From contig NDHX01000003.1 in assembly GCA_013626165.1 (NCBI GenBank), forward strand, positions 115 to 64,114: DNA of 64,000 nt, read 5' to 3'. The notes beneath the pieces are model-generated. The model made no database searches, was not told where the DNA came from, and saw only the letters and a list, made by a program, of their open reading frames with translations. The position numbers and the translations under genes are program-made. Shown here piece by piece: positions 28,688 to 38,894 of this stretch (positions are counted from its first letter, which is position 1; every line of letters begins with the position of its first letter). The stretch is from Candidatus Velesiimonas alkalicola (lineage in GTDB: Bacteria; Omnitrophota; Gorgyraeia; Velesiimonadales; Velesiimonadaceae).

Positions 28688-29533
28688 TTACTTATACCTT
28701 TGCCATTTTACTTTTGTAGTAGAATTAGAATTTTCAACTTTACTATCAGGTTTTTTTGCTAAAATTAAATATTTAAATCCTCGCAAAAAGAAATTAAATT
28801 TTTGGGCCCGATAATGCCAAATTCTAGTATTTGAGCTTTGATTTTTTCTTGTAACACATATTAAATCTACGGGCTCAAATTTTATATTATCAATTAACAT
28901 TTGATAAATTTTTAATCCAACAGGAGTAAATTTTTTCTTTACCCATTGGTCACCAATAAGCCACCCTATTACCTTACCGGGTTTCAAAATTCTGTAAATC
29001 TCCCCGGCAACCTTTTCTAATTCCTCGAAAAATTTTGGACCCTCGGCAGAAATTTTACCAATATCTGCAAGCTCGTTAGAATAATTAACGTTATCGCCAT
29101 AAGGGGAATCTATAAAAACCATATCTACCGAATTATCTTTAAGTGGAATTTTCCGCGAATCATTTTTTACAACTTTGGGGTGCTGCGGGTTTATATCATA
29201 GCCGATTACTTTTCTTCCTTCCTCCTCACAGACATCAATCGTTGTTCCGCTCCCGCACATTGGATCAACTACCAAATCGTCCGGCCTCGTGTATCTTTGT
29301 AGCATATTCCAAATGATAAAAGCAGGTGTAACGCCCTGAAACTTATTATTGCCTTTTGGTTTTTTGCCGTAGCTTTGCCTTGAAAAATCCCAAAGGGTGG
29401 TCGTCTCAAAAGGTGGTTTTTCTTCTTCTATTTTCTTCTTTTTTATTTCTCTCTCGTTCGAACTTTCATTCAGTTTTTGAGATTTTATCTCACCAATTTT
29501 TGTATTCTGTTTTACGGCTATTGTGTTTTGCAT
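28688..29533 (-). CDS. Orphan N4/N6 DNA methyltransferase family protein
   Basis: DPMCGSGTT (motif I) followed by IDSPY (motif IV-like); no intact endonuclease beside it. Confidence 0.82.
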   Translation of the reverse strand: MQNTIAVKQNTKIGEIKSQKLNESSNEREIKKKKIEEEKPPFETTTLWDFSRQSYGKKPKGNNKFQGVTPAFIIWNMLQRYTRPDDLVVDPMCGSGTTIDVCEEEGRKVIGYDINPQHPKVVKNDSRKIPLKDNSVDMVFIDSPYGDNVNYSNELADIGKISAEGPKFFEELEKVAGEIYRILKPGKVIGWLIGDQWVKKKFTPVGLKIYQMLIDNIKFEPVDLICVTRKNQSSNTRIWHYRAQKFNFFLRGFKYLILAKKPDSKVENSNSTTKVKWQRYK

Positions 29534-29604
29534 AAAATTTTTTTAATCAACTTGTCCACCTTAACATCCAACACAGATGCAATTTTTGACAGAGTATCAA
29601 TTGT

Positions 29605-29737
29605 TGGTGGTGCATATAGAAATCGAACCATGCATCCCCGAACTTCCGCAAACAAAGAGGCTTTGCCCCTCTGGTATCACCCCTTGAATACTGGGGAAGC
29701 CTCTTCCCCAGACCCCTTCTATGACGCGGGTATATTC
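29605..29737 (-). repeat. tmRNA 3'-linked element with a degenerate T-arm/CCA copy
   Basis: TGGTGG-N10-AATCGAACC at 29605-29629 mirrors the tmRNA end; antisense copy GACGCGGGTATATTC at 29723-29737; internal hairpins. Confidence 0.6.
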
Positions 29738-29827
29738 TATTACCTATTTTCTGCACTTCATTCAATATCTTTTATCTTTTTTCCTACCTCCTACCTACTA
29801 TCTCCTATCTCCTATCTCCTATCTTTT

Positions 29828-30178
29828 TGGTGGAGGTGGCGGGAATCGAACCCGCGTCCTGAAAACCCTGGCCAAGGTATCTACATCCGTGTCTATTCTA
29901 TTGTCTTTCGCAGTACAAAACACCGAACAGCAGGTTTCTTATACCACTATGGCTTATTGTTCTTGTTCACAGGTTCAAGCCCGAAACCTGCGAACCAGCC
30001 TGCAAACCGACATCCTTTCAAATCTTACAGGCAGAGATTTGAAGGATGTGACTGCTTAAGCAGCCAATGCTAAGTGTTCGTTAGCGTTTGTTTTTTGTCA
30101 GGTTTTCAACGAGGCCACCTGACAACCTCGGGATGCAACCTTCACCAGCAATTTTTCAGTCGAGCCCTATTCACCCCC
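29828..30178 (-). ncRNA. ssrA: tmRNA
   Basis: 5' GGGGGTGAATAGGGCTCGAC, 3' GGGTTCGATTCCCGCCACCTCCACCA, tag frame ANEHLALAA*; follows smpB. Confidence 0.95.
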
Positions 30179-30294
30179 AATCTTTAAATCTGTATAATTT
30201 TGAACTTAAAAATCCGAATTTTAATTGAATTTTAAAAACATTCAAAATTGGAAATTAAAAACTCATCCCCTACCTACTATCTACTATCTCCTAT

Positions 30295-30741
30295 CTACTG
30301 TCTTTTTGCCTCTCTTGTTTCTCTTTCTATCTGACGTTTTTTAATTTTTTCTCTTTTGTCAAAGATACGTTTTCCCTTGCATAATGCAATCTCAATTTTT
30401 GTAAATCCTTTTTTAAAATACACCTTTAAAGGGACAAGTGTACAACCTTTCTGCGTAAGATATCCGATAATTTTTTTAACCTCGTAATTATGTAAAAGGA
30501 GCCTCCTGGGCCTTTTGGGGTCAATCTTCTCAAGTGCACCAGATGTATAGGGTGCTATATGCATATTAAAAAGCACAATACCTGATGAATCAGCCCTTGC
30601 ATATGCATCGCTTATTTCAACATCACCCTGCCTTATTGATTTTACCTCGCTTCCTTTTAATGATATTCCCGCTTCCCATTTCTGGAGTATCAGATAAGTA
30701 TAATATGCCTTCTTGTTGGTTGCAACTGCTCTTTCTTCCAC
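30295..30741 (-). CDS. smpB: SsrA-binding protein
   Basis: NKKAY..EAGISLKGSEVKSIR..RRLLLH..GK..DKRE; probable GTG start at 30741. Confidence 0.96.
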   Translation of the reverse strand: MEERAVATNKKAYYTYLILQKWEAGISLKGSEVKSIRQGDVEISDAYARADSSGIVLFNMHIAPYTSGALEKIDPKRPRRLLLHNYEVKKIIGYLTQKGCTLVPLKVYFKKGFTKIEIALCKGKRIFDKREKIKKRQIERETREAKRQ

Positions 30742-30886
30742 TTGTGTATAATACCATAAAAAATAATGTTCTACAAGATTCCAGCCTGTCCTTGCTAATC
30801 TGTGGCAAGGCAGGCTCGTAAAACTTGGAAGCAACTGGTGCCCTGGTGCTTCATCCCTTCCTTAACAATGTCTTTAATCTTTTAAC

Positions 30887-32248
30887 TTAAACTTTTATAG
30901 GAATCCGTTCAACAGGACGAACCTCAGGTAATTGCTTATCCCCGGATGCTCCCAATTCCTTGAATTTTCTAACACTGACCATAATCCTGTGTTCAAGCGA
31001 CATAATCATCTTGTTAAACGATTCTGTTGCCTCAGATAGACATGTTCCTGTCCTATTCACATGCTGTAAAAATGGTTCAAACCTATCGTATATTTCTTTA
31101 CCGAGAGTTGCAATCTCCTCAGCATGTTTTGAGATTTGCTCCTGTCTCCATCCAAATGCAACGGCACGAAGCAGTGCTATAAGAGTTGTGGGTGTAGCAA
31201 TAATAACCTTGTTTTCCATGCCATCTTCAATCAATGTGTGGTCAACAGCAAGAGCGGCGCTTAAAAAAGATTCGCCCGGAATAAACATAATAATAAATTC
31301 CGGTGTTTTATTGAATTGCTCCCAATATTTTTTGTTAGTTAAAGTCTTCATATGATTTCTTACCTGACGAGAGTGCTTTTCTATAAGCAACTGCCTTTGT
31401 CCTTCATCAGCCACTGCTGTAGCATCAATAAATGCATCTAAAGAAACTTTGCTATCAATAACAATCTCTCTGCCTCCCGGCAAATACACCACCATGTCGG
31501 GACGCAACCTCCCATCTTCGGTAGCAATAGACACCTGTTCTATGAAATCACAGTGTTCTGACATACCTGATAGTTCTACAACCCGTTTTAAGGTTACCTC
31601 GCCCCATCTACCCCTAATTTCAGGCTTGCGAAGCGCAGTAACAAGATTCCCGGTTTCTTTCTGTAATTGCTGGTTTGTTAAAACTAATGTCTTGATTTGA
31701 TTTTCAAGACTTCCATAATCCGACGCACGCCTTTTTTCCAATGCGTCTACCTGTTGTTCATACCTTTTTAATGCATCACTTAGCGAGCCAACTATATTTT
31801 TGACGGATTCTTCTTTCTCACCCAATTCGCCTCTGGCTCTGATAAGGACAGTCTCTAATGTCTCTTTTGCAAGTTCAATAAACGCTTTACTGTTGCTTTT
31901 TAAAGACTCTCCCGATAATGCCTGGAATGTTGTTGTTAATTTCTCTTCGGCTTTTTGAAGTAGTTTTTTCTGCTCTTCAATATTCTTAAATGCTTCTTCA
32001 CACCGCACTTGGGCAGATATTTTAGCCTGCTGTAAACTTAAAATTTCCTGTCGTGCCTTTTCAATTGTTTCATCCTTAAATCCTACCTGTTGCCGTATTT
32101 CGTCGGTCAATTTTTCAGAACCTTGAATCTGCGTCTGCAAGCGGATAATAATTTTATCTTTATTACGGTTTTTTCTTGATGCAATAACAATGCCTACTAT
32201 TAAGCCCACGCCCATTGAAATGACTATATAATAAAGAATAGCAATCAT
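30887..32248 (-). CDS. rmuC: DNA recombination protein RmuC
   Basis: RGRWGE, LRPDMVVYLP, IDSK, FIPGE, ATPTTLIALLR. Confidence 0.94.
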   Translation of the reverse strand: MIAILYYIVISMGVGLIVGIVIASRKNRNKDKIIIRLQTQIQGSEKLTDEIRQQVGFKDETIEKARQEILSLQQAKISAQVRCEEAFKNIEEQKKLLQKAEEKLTTTFQALSGESLKSNSKAFIELAKETLETVLIRARGELGEKEESVKNIVGSLSDALKRYEQQVDALEKRRASDYGSLENQIKTLVLTNQQLQKETGNLVTALRKPEIRGRWGEVTLKRVVELSGMSEHCDFIEQVSIATEDGRLRPDMVVYLPGGREIVIDSKVSLDAFIDATAVADEGQRQLLIEKHSRQVRNHMKTLTNKKYWEQFNKTPEFIIMFIPGESFLSAALAVDHTLIEDGMENKVIIATPTTLIALLRAVAFGWRQEQISKHAEEIATLGKEIYDRFEPFLQHVNRTGTCLSEATESFNKMIMSLEHRIMVSVRKFKELGASGDKQLPEVRPVERIPIKV

Positions 32249-32386
32249 AGTATCTATTATAAATACTTTCTAATATTAAAACAATAAAAAATTTATTTTT
32301 ACATGGAGAAACGGGAAGGAACACATCCCTGCCCCGATCCCTGTTTGCACAAGGGCAAGTTTATCGAGGAAGAAGAAAAATGGAGA

Positions 32387-33154
32387 AAAATGGGGTCAAC
32401 TCTATTTTTCTTTAACAATTTGTGCTATGATAAACCAACTATGCCAAGATCCTTACGAATTACTCTTCCAAATCTGCCTTTCCATGTCCTTGACCGGGGG
32501 AACAATCGTCAAGTAGTTTTCCGAGACGAGCAAAATTTTATTTATTTCCTTAAATTATTGAAAAGATATAAAAAGGAGTTGAAATTCAAGCTCTACCACT
32601 TTTGCCTGATGCCAAACCATATCCATTTAGTGATTGAGCCGACAATTGATGGCAGCCTACCTAAGATTATGATGAGACTTACCCTGGCTTACTCTTCGTA
32701 TTTCAATAAAAAGTATGGTGGAGTAGGTCATGTCTGGCAGGGGAGATATAAAAGTTCTTTAATAGATAGAGAAGAATATTTTATCTGGTGTGGATTATAT
32801 GTAGAGTTAAATCCAGTAAGAGCAGGACTGGTAGTTCGGTCAGAAGATTGGCGATGGTCAAGTTATAATTTCTATGCCTTTGGGCCAGGCGATCCCTTAA
32901 TAGAAGGATTAATTGATGTCGATTCTTATTATTTAAAATTAGGAGAGACTTCAGAAGAACGTCAAAAAAGATACCGCCAGAACGTAGAGGAAGTAATAAA
33001 AGAAAAATTTTTGCAAGATATTCGAAAGAAATTAGATGAAGGAGTTTTTGGAAGTTTAGAATTTATTAAAGCAATGAAAGAGAAATTTAAAATTAAATCG
33101 TTAATGGGTAGAGGAAGACCAAGGAGGGAGGAAAAATAGAGTTGACCCCATTTT
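32387..33154 (+). mobile_element. Y1 (RAYT-type) transposase element bounded by 24-bp perfect inverted repeats
   Basis: AAAATGGGGTCAACTCTATTTTTC (32387-32410) and its reverse complement (33131-33154). Confidence 0.85.
32441..33139 (+). CDS. REP-associated / IS200-like HUH tyrosine transposase
   Basis: MPR..R, HVLDRGNNRQ, LMPNHIHL, WQGRY, YVELNPVRAG, WSS, RGRPR tail. Confidence 0.92.
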   Translation: MPRSLRITLPNLPFHVLDRGNNRQVVFRDEQNFIYFLKLLKRYKKELKFKLYHFCLMPNHIHLVIEPTIDGSLPKIMMRLTLAYSSYFNKKYGGVGHVWQGRYKSSLIDREEYFIWCGLYVELNPVRAGLVVRSEDWRWSSYNFYAFGPGDPLIEGLIDVDSYYLKLGETSEERQKRYRQNVEEVIKEKFLQDIRKKLDEGVFGSLEFIKAMKEKFKIKSLMGRGRPRREEK

Positions 33155-33166
33155 CCCCTGACATAT

Positions 33167-34453
33167 CTATTTCCCTGTTGAAACTATTGTCTGCCCTCTT
33201 TCAGGACCAACGGTAATTATTGCAATCGGAGTTTTAACAAGTTCTGAAAGTCTTCGCAGGTACTTTCTTGCATTCAGAGGAAGTTCGTCATATGATGTGA
33301 TATGGGTGGTGTCCTCCTGCCATCCGGAATGGTCCTCATAGAGAGGCTGGCAATTTTGTAGTATCTCTATATCAGAAGGATATTCTTCATAAACCTTTCC
33401 ATTATACATGTAACCTGTGCATATCCTTATATTTTCCTGTGTATCAAGAACATCAAGTTTTGTAATTGCAATACTATCAAGACCGTTTACCAGTGCAGAG
33501 TATCGGACAATTACTGCATCAAACCATCCGCATCTTCTTGGGCGACCTGTCGTTGCCCCGAATTCTTTTCCTCTTGACCTTACCTTTGCCATCATATCTT
33601 CCGTAAATTCTGTCGGAAAAGGTCCTTCTCCAACTCTTGTTGTATACGCCTTTGCAACCCCTATGACTTTGTCTATCTTTGTCGGACCTATTCCGCTACC
33701 TGTACAGGCTCCTCCGGCAGATGAATTTGACGATGTTACAAAGGGGTATGTTCCAAAATCTATATCAAGAAATGTTCCCTGTGCGCCTTCAAACAGTATA
33801 TTTTTCCCATTTGCTACCGCCTCTGACAAAAGATATGTTACATCACAAAGATATTTCTTGATTTTTCTCCCATATGTAAGATATTTCTCAAATATTTCTT
33901 CAAATTTTAACAGCGGTTCATTATATATTTTTTGTAACACCTGATTTTTCTCATTTATATTAAATTTAAGTTTTTGATAGAGCACTCCCTCATTAACAAT
34001 ATCAATCGCTCTTATTCCGCATCTTGCTATTTTATCCGTGTAACACGGACCGATTCCTCTTCCTGTTGTTCCGATTTTTTCTCTGCCTGAGTATTTTTCT
34101 TTTACATGGTCAAGAATTTTATGGTATGGGAATATGATGTGGGACTGATAGCTTATCTTAATATTACTGTCAACATCAATCCCTCTTTTCGTTAACATTT
34201 CCATTTCTGAAAAAAGTGCTTCCGGATCAATTACAACACCGTTTCCGATCACACACTGTTTTCCCTTGTGTAACACACCAGATGGGATAAGGTGAAGAAT
34301 AAACTCCTGGTCATCTATAATTACCGTATGCCCTGCATTGTTTCCACCCTGATACCTTACAATACAGTCCATGTCCCTTGCAAGGATATCAATAATTTTA
34401 CCCTTCCCTTCATCACCCCACTGTGAACCAACAACTACCCAGACTTTTCCCAT
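33167..34453 (-). CDS. purA: Adenylosuccinate synthetase
   Basis: QWGDEGKGK, GGNNAGHT, TTGRPRRCGW. Confidence 0.98.
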   Translation of the reverse strand: MGKVWVVVGSQWGDEGKGKIIDILARDMDCIVRYQGGNNAGHTVIIDDQEFILHLIPSGVLHKGKQCVIGNGVVIDPEALFSEMEMLTKRGIDVDSNIKISYQSHIIFPYHKILDHVKEKYSGREKIGTTGRGIGPCYTDKIARCGIRAIDIVNEGVLYQKLKFNINEKNQVLQKIYNEPLLKFEEIFEKYLTYGRKIKKYLCDVTYLLSEAVANGKNILFEGAQGTFLDIDFGTYPFVTSSNSSAGGACTGSGIGPTKIDKVIGVAKAYTTRVGEGPFPTEFTEDMMAKVRSRGKEFGATTGRPRRCGWFDAVIVRYSALVNGLDSIAITKLDVLDTQENIRICTGYMYNGKVYEEYPSDIEILQNCQPLYEDHSGWQEDTTHITSYDELPLNARKYLRRLSELVKTPIAIITVGPERGQTIVSTGK

Positions 34454-34457
34454 TAAA

Positions 34458-35375
34458 CTATTTACCCTCCAATTCTTTCACTTTCTTCTCTGCAAACTTT
34501 GTCCACTCATCAAAAGGATCGCCCATTTTTGCTCTTATTCTCCAGTGTTCCAGTGCTTTTTCCCTATCACCTTTTAATTCATAGAGTTTGCCTAAACTTG
34601 AGTGAACCTTGAAATTTCCAGAATCAATCTCAAGTGCTTTGAAAAATTCCTTCTCTGCCTCATCATACTTTCCTTTATCAGACAACACTGTTCCAAGGTC
34701 ATGATAAGCAGTTGCAAAAATCGGGTCTAAATGGATCGCCTTTCTATAATATTCCTCTGCCTTACCGAGATTTTTTCTCCTCTGATATGTAAGTCCTCTG
34801 TTTCTGGCCCTTAATGCCTCCCGTTTCTTTCTTTCCTGTTCTCTTTGTGCAACTGCTTCCTGTCTTTTTCTTTGTCTTTCCTGTTCTTCTTGTATCTTTC
34901 TTTGCTCTTCAGCCTCCCGTCTTGCAAGTCTTTCAAGCCTTTCGGTTTCTTTTTTCTCTATTTCTTCTTCAGGTTTAACCGCTACTACAATTGGCGGCTT
35001 TTGTTTCCTTATACTTACTACTTTAATATTATCCTGTCTTCTAAAGTCAAAAGGCACAGACTCTTGTAAATCTACCACAAAAAAATCTAACTTTCCTCCG
35101 GCACCGATAACCCTTCTAATTTGCTTTACCATCCCTTTTTCAATAAAGAAAGAACCGATCCCATCTAAAATTGTAACATCTCCAATAGGGTCAATGACAA
35201 TGCGGGCTGGATTTTCAAGTTCATAGCAAATAACAGGTACAGGGGCATCAAAGGTAACTTTAATAAAAACATAATTTTTTGTTTCACTTAAACCAACATC
35301 TATTACACCTGCATTTTGCGAAAAAGATGTCCAACAAAATAAAAAAATAAACGCCACTGTCTTGTATATTTTCAT
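34458..35375 (-). CDS. Exported AMIN-like / coiled-coil / TPR protein
   Basis: Signal peptide, LENPARIVID, E/R/K-rich coil, C-terminal TPR repeats. Confidence 0.7.
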   Translation of the reverse strand: MKIYKTVAFIFLFCWTSFSQNAGVIDVGLSETKNYVFIKVTFDAPVPVICYELENPARIVIDPIGDVTILDGIGSFFIEKGMVKQIRRVIGAGGKLDFFVVDLQESVPFDFRRQDNIKVVSIRKQKPPIVVAVKPEEEIEKKETERLERLARREAEEQRKIQEEQERQRKRQEAVAQREQERKKREALRARNRGLTYQRRKNLGKAEEYYRKAIHLDPIFATAYHDLGTVLSDKGKYDEAEKEFFKALEIDSGNFKVHSSLGKLYELKGDREKALEHWRIRAKMGDPFDEWTKFAEKKVKELEGK

Positions 35376-35424
35376 GCCACCCCCCATGTTTGATTATTGA
35401 CAATAAGAATTAAACAAGTATTTC

Positions 35425-35533
35425 ATTCCCCTTTGAGTAAAGGGGTGTCCCGACTTTGTCGGGACAGGGTATTTCCCTTTTGTAGGGTTGTGTCTTGTGA
35501 ATACCCCGTCAGGCTTCGCTCGCCTTCCTCTTC
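35425..35533. repeat. Cargo-free inverted pair of double-hairpin units (intergenic)
   Basis: ATTCCCCTTTGAGTAAAGGGGTGTCCCGACTTTGTCGGGACAGGGTATT, ~25 nt, then AATACCCCGTCAGGCTTCGC..; same arrangement as cassettes A and B. Confidence 0.8.
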
Positions 35534-35610
35534 ATATTCAAGCCTCTTCGGTCTTATGGAAGGGAAATAAGCGGACAGAAACGCACAAATAGTATACCAT
35601 ATTAGGCTTT

Positions 35611-36531
35611 TTATTCCACATATGTTAGCCAATTATGTTTATCTTCAACATTGCCCCCTACATAGTCAAGGTATGCTGCCTGAACTTTTTCTGTAATAGA
35701 TCCTTTTATACTGCTTTTTATATTGATATTATCTATGCTTGAAACAGGTGTAACCTCTACTGCTGTTCCGGTAAAGAAAACCTCATCTGCAATATACAGT
35801 GCCTCTCTCGGTATCATATGCTGTTCTATTCTTATTCCTAATTCTCTTGCAAGTATAAAAACAGTATGTCTTGTTATACCAGCAAGTATGGATGAACTTG
35901 TAGGAGGTGTAAAAATAACACCTGATTTTACAATAAATATATTCCCTCCCGATGCTTCAGACACATAACCCTGCGTATCCAGCGCTATTCCTTCATCAAA
36001 TCCATATCTTAGTGCTTCCATTTTTATAAGTTGTGAATTCAAATAATTGCCACCAGCCTTTGCAAGAGACGGAAATGTGTCAGGTGCCGCTCTTCTCCAT
36101 GAGGATACGCATACACTTACTCCTTTTTGTGTTGCTTCTTCTCCAAAATATGCACCCCATTCCCAGCAGGCAATAGCACACACAAGAGGATTATTCAAAG
36201 GATTGACACCCATCGCTCCATATCCTCTGAATACAACAGGCCTTATATAACATTCTTTAAATCCATTTATCTTTACAGTATCAACAATAATTGTGCAGAA
36301 CTGTTTCTTTGTGTACGGAATTTCCATCCTGTATATCTTTGCAGAGTCATAGAGTCTGTCTATATGTGATTTAAGCCTGAATATGGCAGGCCCTTTTTGT
36401 GTTTTATAACACCTGCAACCTTCAAATACGGAAGAGCCATAATGTATAGCATGTGTAAGTATATGAACATTTGCATCTTTCCAGTTAATAAACCTACCAT
36501 CTACCCAGATTTTACTGTTTTCTTTTTCCAT
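35611..36531 (-). CDS. ilvE: Branched-chain amino acid aminotransferase
   Basis: HYGSSVFEG, YIRP, AKAGGNY, ILAGITR, FFTGTA. Confidence 0.96.
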   Translation of the reverse strand: MEKENSKIWVDGRFINWKDANVHILTHAIHYGSSVFEGCRCYKTQKGPAIFRLKSHIDRLYDSAKIYRMEIPYTKKQFCTIIVDTVKINGFKECYIRPVVFRGYGAMGVNPLNNPLVCAIACWEWGAYFGEEATQKGVSVCVSSWRRAAPDTFPSLAKAGGNYLNSQLIKMEALRYGFDEGIALDTQGYVSEASGGNIFIVKSGVIFTPPTSSSILAGITRHTVFILARELGIRIEQHMIPREALYIADEVFFTGTAVEVTPVSSIDNINIKSSIKGSITEKVQAAYLDYVGGNVEDKHNWLTYVE

Positions 36532-36651
36532 GTCTCCTCCTAAAAACATAGTATATAGGAATTGGTAGGTAGGAGATAGGGGAAAATATAATCCACCCAA
36601 CCCTCCTTTATAAAAGGAGGGTTATTTTTCCTACCTACTACCTACTATCTA

Positions 36652-37845
36652 CTATCTACTATCTACTGCCTCCTGTTTTTTAAATACCTGTTCAACATCT
36701 TTATCTCCTCTGCCTGACAGGCAGATAATAATTATTTTATCTTTCAAGGCTCTGGCATTTTTTCTAACATATGCAACAGCATGTGCAGGTTCAAGGGCAG
36801 GTATGATGCCCTCTACTTCTGAAAGGAAATGGAATCCGCTGAGTGCTTCTGCATCTGTGATTGTAAAATATTTTGCTCTTCCCGTTTGTTTTAGATATGA
36901 ATGTTCAGGACCAACACCGGGATAATCAAGCCCGGCAGATATTGAATGTGCAATGCTTATCTGACCATTTTTATCCTGTAGAATATAACTCTTGCTACCG
37001 TGGAGTATTCCTATTTTTCCATAACAAAGTGTTGCAGCATGCCTGCCTGTTTTTATGCCAAAACCTGCTGCTTCAACACCTATAAGTTTAACATTTTTAT
37101 CTTTTATAAACGGATAAAAGAGCCCCATTGAATTTGAACCGCCGCCAACACAGGCAATCAAACAATCAGGAAGTTTTCCTTCACATTTTAATATCTGTTT
37201 TTTTGCCTCTTTTCCAATAACAGATTGAAAATCTCTTACCATCATTGGAAAAGGATGTGGACCTGCAACAGAACCTATCACATAATGTGTGTTTCTTACA
37301 TTGGTTACCCAATCCCTCATAGCCTCGTTCATTGCATCTTTTAGTGTCTTTGAACCCATATATACGGGATTTACCTTTGCACCAAGAAGCTGCATCCTGA
37401 ACACATTCAACCTCTGTCTTTCAATGTCCTCTTCCCCCATATATATCTCACACTTAAGACCAAATAAAGAAGAGGCTGTGGCAGTTGCAACTCCATGCTG
37501 GCCGGCGCCGGTTTCTGCAATGATCCTTTGCTTTCCTATTTTTTTTGCAAGTAAAATTTGACCCAGAGTATTATTTATCTTATGAGCACCCATATGGCAC
37601 AAATCTTCTCTTTTAAGATATATCTTTGGCCCTCTTAAAACATGAGAAAGATGTTTTGCATAATAAAGCGGTGTGGGTCTTCCGGCATAATTTTCCAGAT
37701 ACCACTTCAGTTCTTTCTGAAATTCAGTGTCTTTCTTTGCCTTTGTGTATGCTGTTTCAAGTTCATCAAGAGCAAACATCAATGTCTCAGGAACAAACCT
37801 GCCGCCGAACTGACCAAAATGTCCTTTTTTATCCGGTAATTTCAT
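36652..37845 (-). CDS. trpB: Tryptophan synthase beta chain
   Basis: [44 protein letters not shown]. Confidence 0.98.
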   Translation of the reverse strand: MKLPDKKGHFGQFGGRFVPETLMFALDELETAYTKAKKDTEFQKELKWYLENYAGRPTPLYYAKHLSHVLRGPKIYLKREDLCHMGAHKINNTLGQILLAKKIGKQRIIAETGAGQHGVATATASSLFGLKCEIYMGEEDIERQRLNVFRMQLLGAKVNPVYMGSKTLKDAMNEAMRDWVTNVRNTHYVIGSVAGPHPFPMMVRDFQSVIGKEAKKQILKCEGKLPDCLIACVGGGSNSMGLFYPFIKDKNVKLIGVEAAGFGIKTGRHAATLCYGKIGILHGSKSYILQDKNGQISIAHSISAGLDYPGVGPEHSYLKQTGRAKYFTITDAEALSGFHFLSEVEGIIPALEPAHAVAYVRKNARALKDKIIIICLSGRGDKDVEQVFKKQEAVDSR

Positions 37846-37884
37846 ATTTTTATTTATTAAAAGCCTGTGAGGAACGGACTTTTT

Positions 37885-38892
37885 TTAAGTATCCTGCTTG
37901 ACTGCCATTTTTTTCATTACTTCTACAATATGCTTGTTCACATTTTGATAAGCATATTCTTTTGCAACCCTGATGGCATTGAATATTGCCTTTGGACTTG
38001 ACCTGCCATGGCTTATGATGCAACATCCATCTATTCCCAGAAGAGGTGCTCCTCCATATTCTGAATAGTCAACTTCTTTTTTAAGTGCAGCAAGGGCGGA
38101 TCTACTTAACAATGCGCCCATTGTTGTCATTATCCCCTTTCTCATATGTCTTCTAAGAAGTATTTCTATTGCCTCAGCAAGGCTTTCAGATATTTTCAGC
38201 ACAACATTCCCCACAAACCCATCACAAATAATACATTCATAATTCCCGGAAAATATGTCCCTTCCCTCAACATTGCCAGAAAAATTAAGTTCGCTGTTTT
38301 CAAGAAGTTTATATGTATCTTTTATAAATGTAGTTCCCTTGCATTCTTCCTCACCCACATTCAGAAGCCCTATCCTTGGACTGTTTATTTTTAGTATTTC
38401 TTTCAGGTATAAATCCCCCATTATTCCATACTGCAATAAATGTGTAGGTTTTGGAACAATGTTTGCACCAGCATCAATAAGCATACACGGACCCTGCAGG
38501 GTTGGAAGAATTATTGCAATGCCGGGCCTTTCAATCCCTTCTAACATCCTTAATCCTAATGTTGCAGAACAAACAACAGCCCCTGTATTGCCAGCAGAGA
38601 TTATGGCATCCACCATATTTTTTTTTGCAAGTTGAACCATCACATTTATTGAAGAATCTCTTTTTTTTCTCACGCTCATTGCCGCCGGTTCATGCATTTC
38701 TATTATCTCTGTTGCATTACAGACCTCTACTTTTTTAAGGTCATAACGATGTCTTGAAAGTTCTTTATTAATAGGCTTCTCATTCCCGACAAGAACAACT
38801 TTTATATCCATCTTCTGGGTTGCAAGAACAGCCCCCTCAACCATTGCATAGGGAGCCTTATCTCCCCCCATTGTATCAAGTGCAATCCTCAT
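37885..38892 (-). CDS. plsX: Phosphate acyltransferase
   Basis: MRIALDTMGGD, SAGNTGA, LLNVGEE..KG, DGFVGN, GGAPLLG. Confidence 0.96.
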   Translation of the reverse strand: MRIALDTMGGDKAPYAMVEGAVLATQKMDIKVVLVGNEKPINKELSRHRYDLKKVEVCNATEIIEMHEPAAMSVRKKRDSSINVMVQLAKKNMVDAIISAGNTGAVVCSATLGLRMLEGIERPGIAIILPTLQGPCMLIDAGANIVPKPTHLLQYGIMGDLYLKEILKINSPRIGLLNVGEEECKGTTFIKDTYKLLENSELNFSGNVEGRDIFSGNYECIICDGFVGNVVLKISESLAEAIEILLRRHMRKGIMTTMGALLSRSALAALKKEVDYSEYGGAPLLGIDGCCIISHGRSSPKAIFNAIRVAKEYAYQNVNKHIVEVMKKMAVKQDT

Positions 38893-38894
38893 AA

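Noticed and set aside
29477-30073. ORFs 29477-30073, 29547-29765 and 29721-30059
   Set aside because: They overlap tmRNA, the heptamer repeats and the tmRNA-linked element; the translations are low-complexity artefacts.
35423-35632. 69-aa minus-strand ORF
   Set aside because: Read-through of the repeat pair (SRDTPLLKGE), not a gene.
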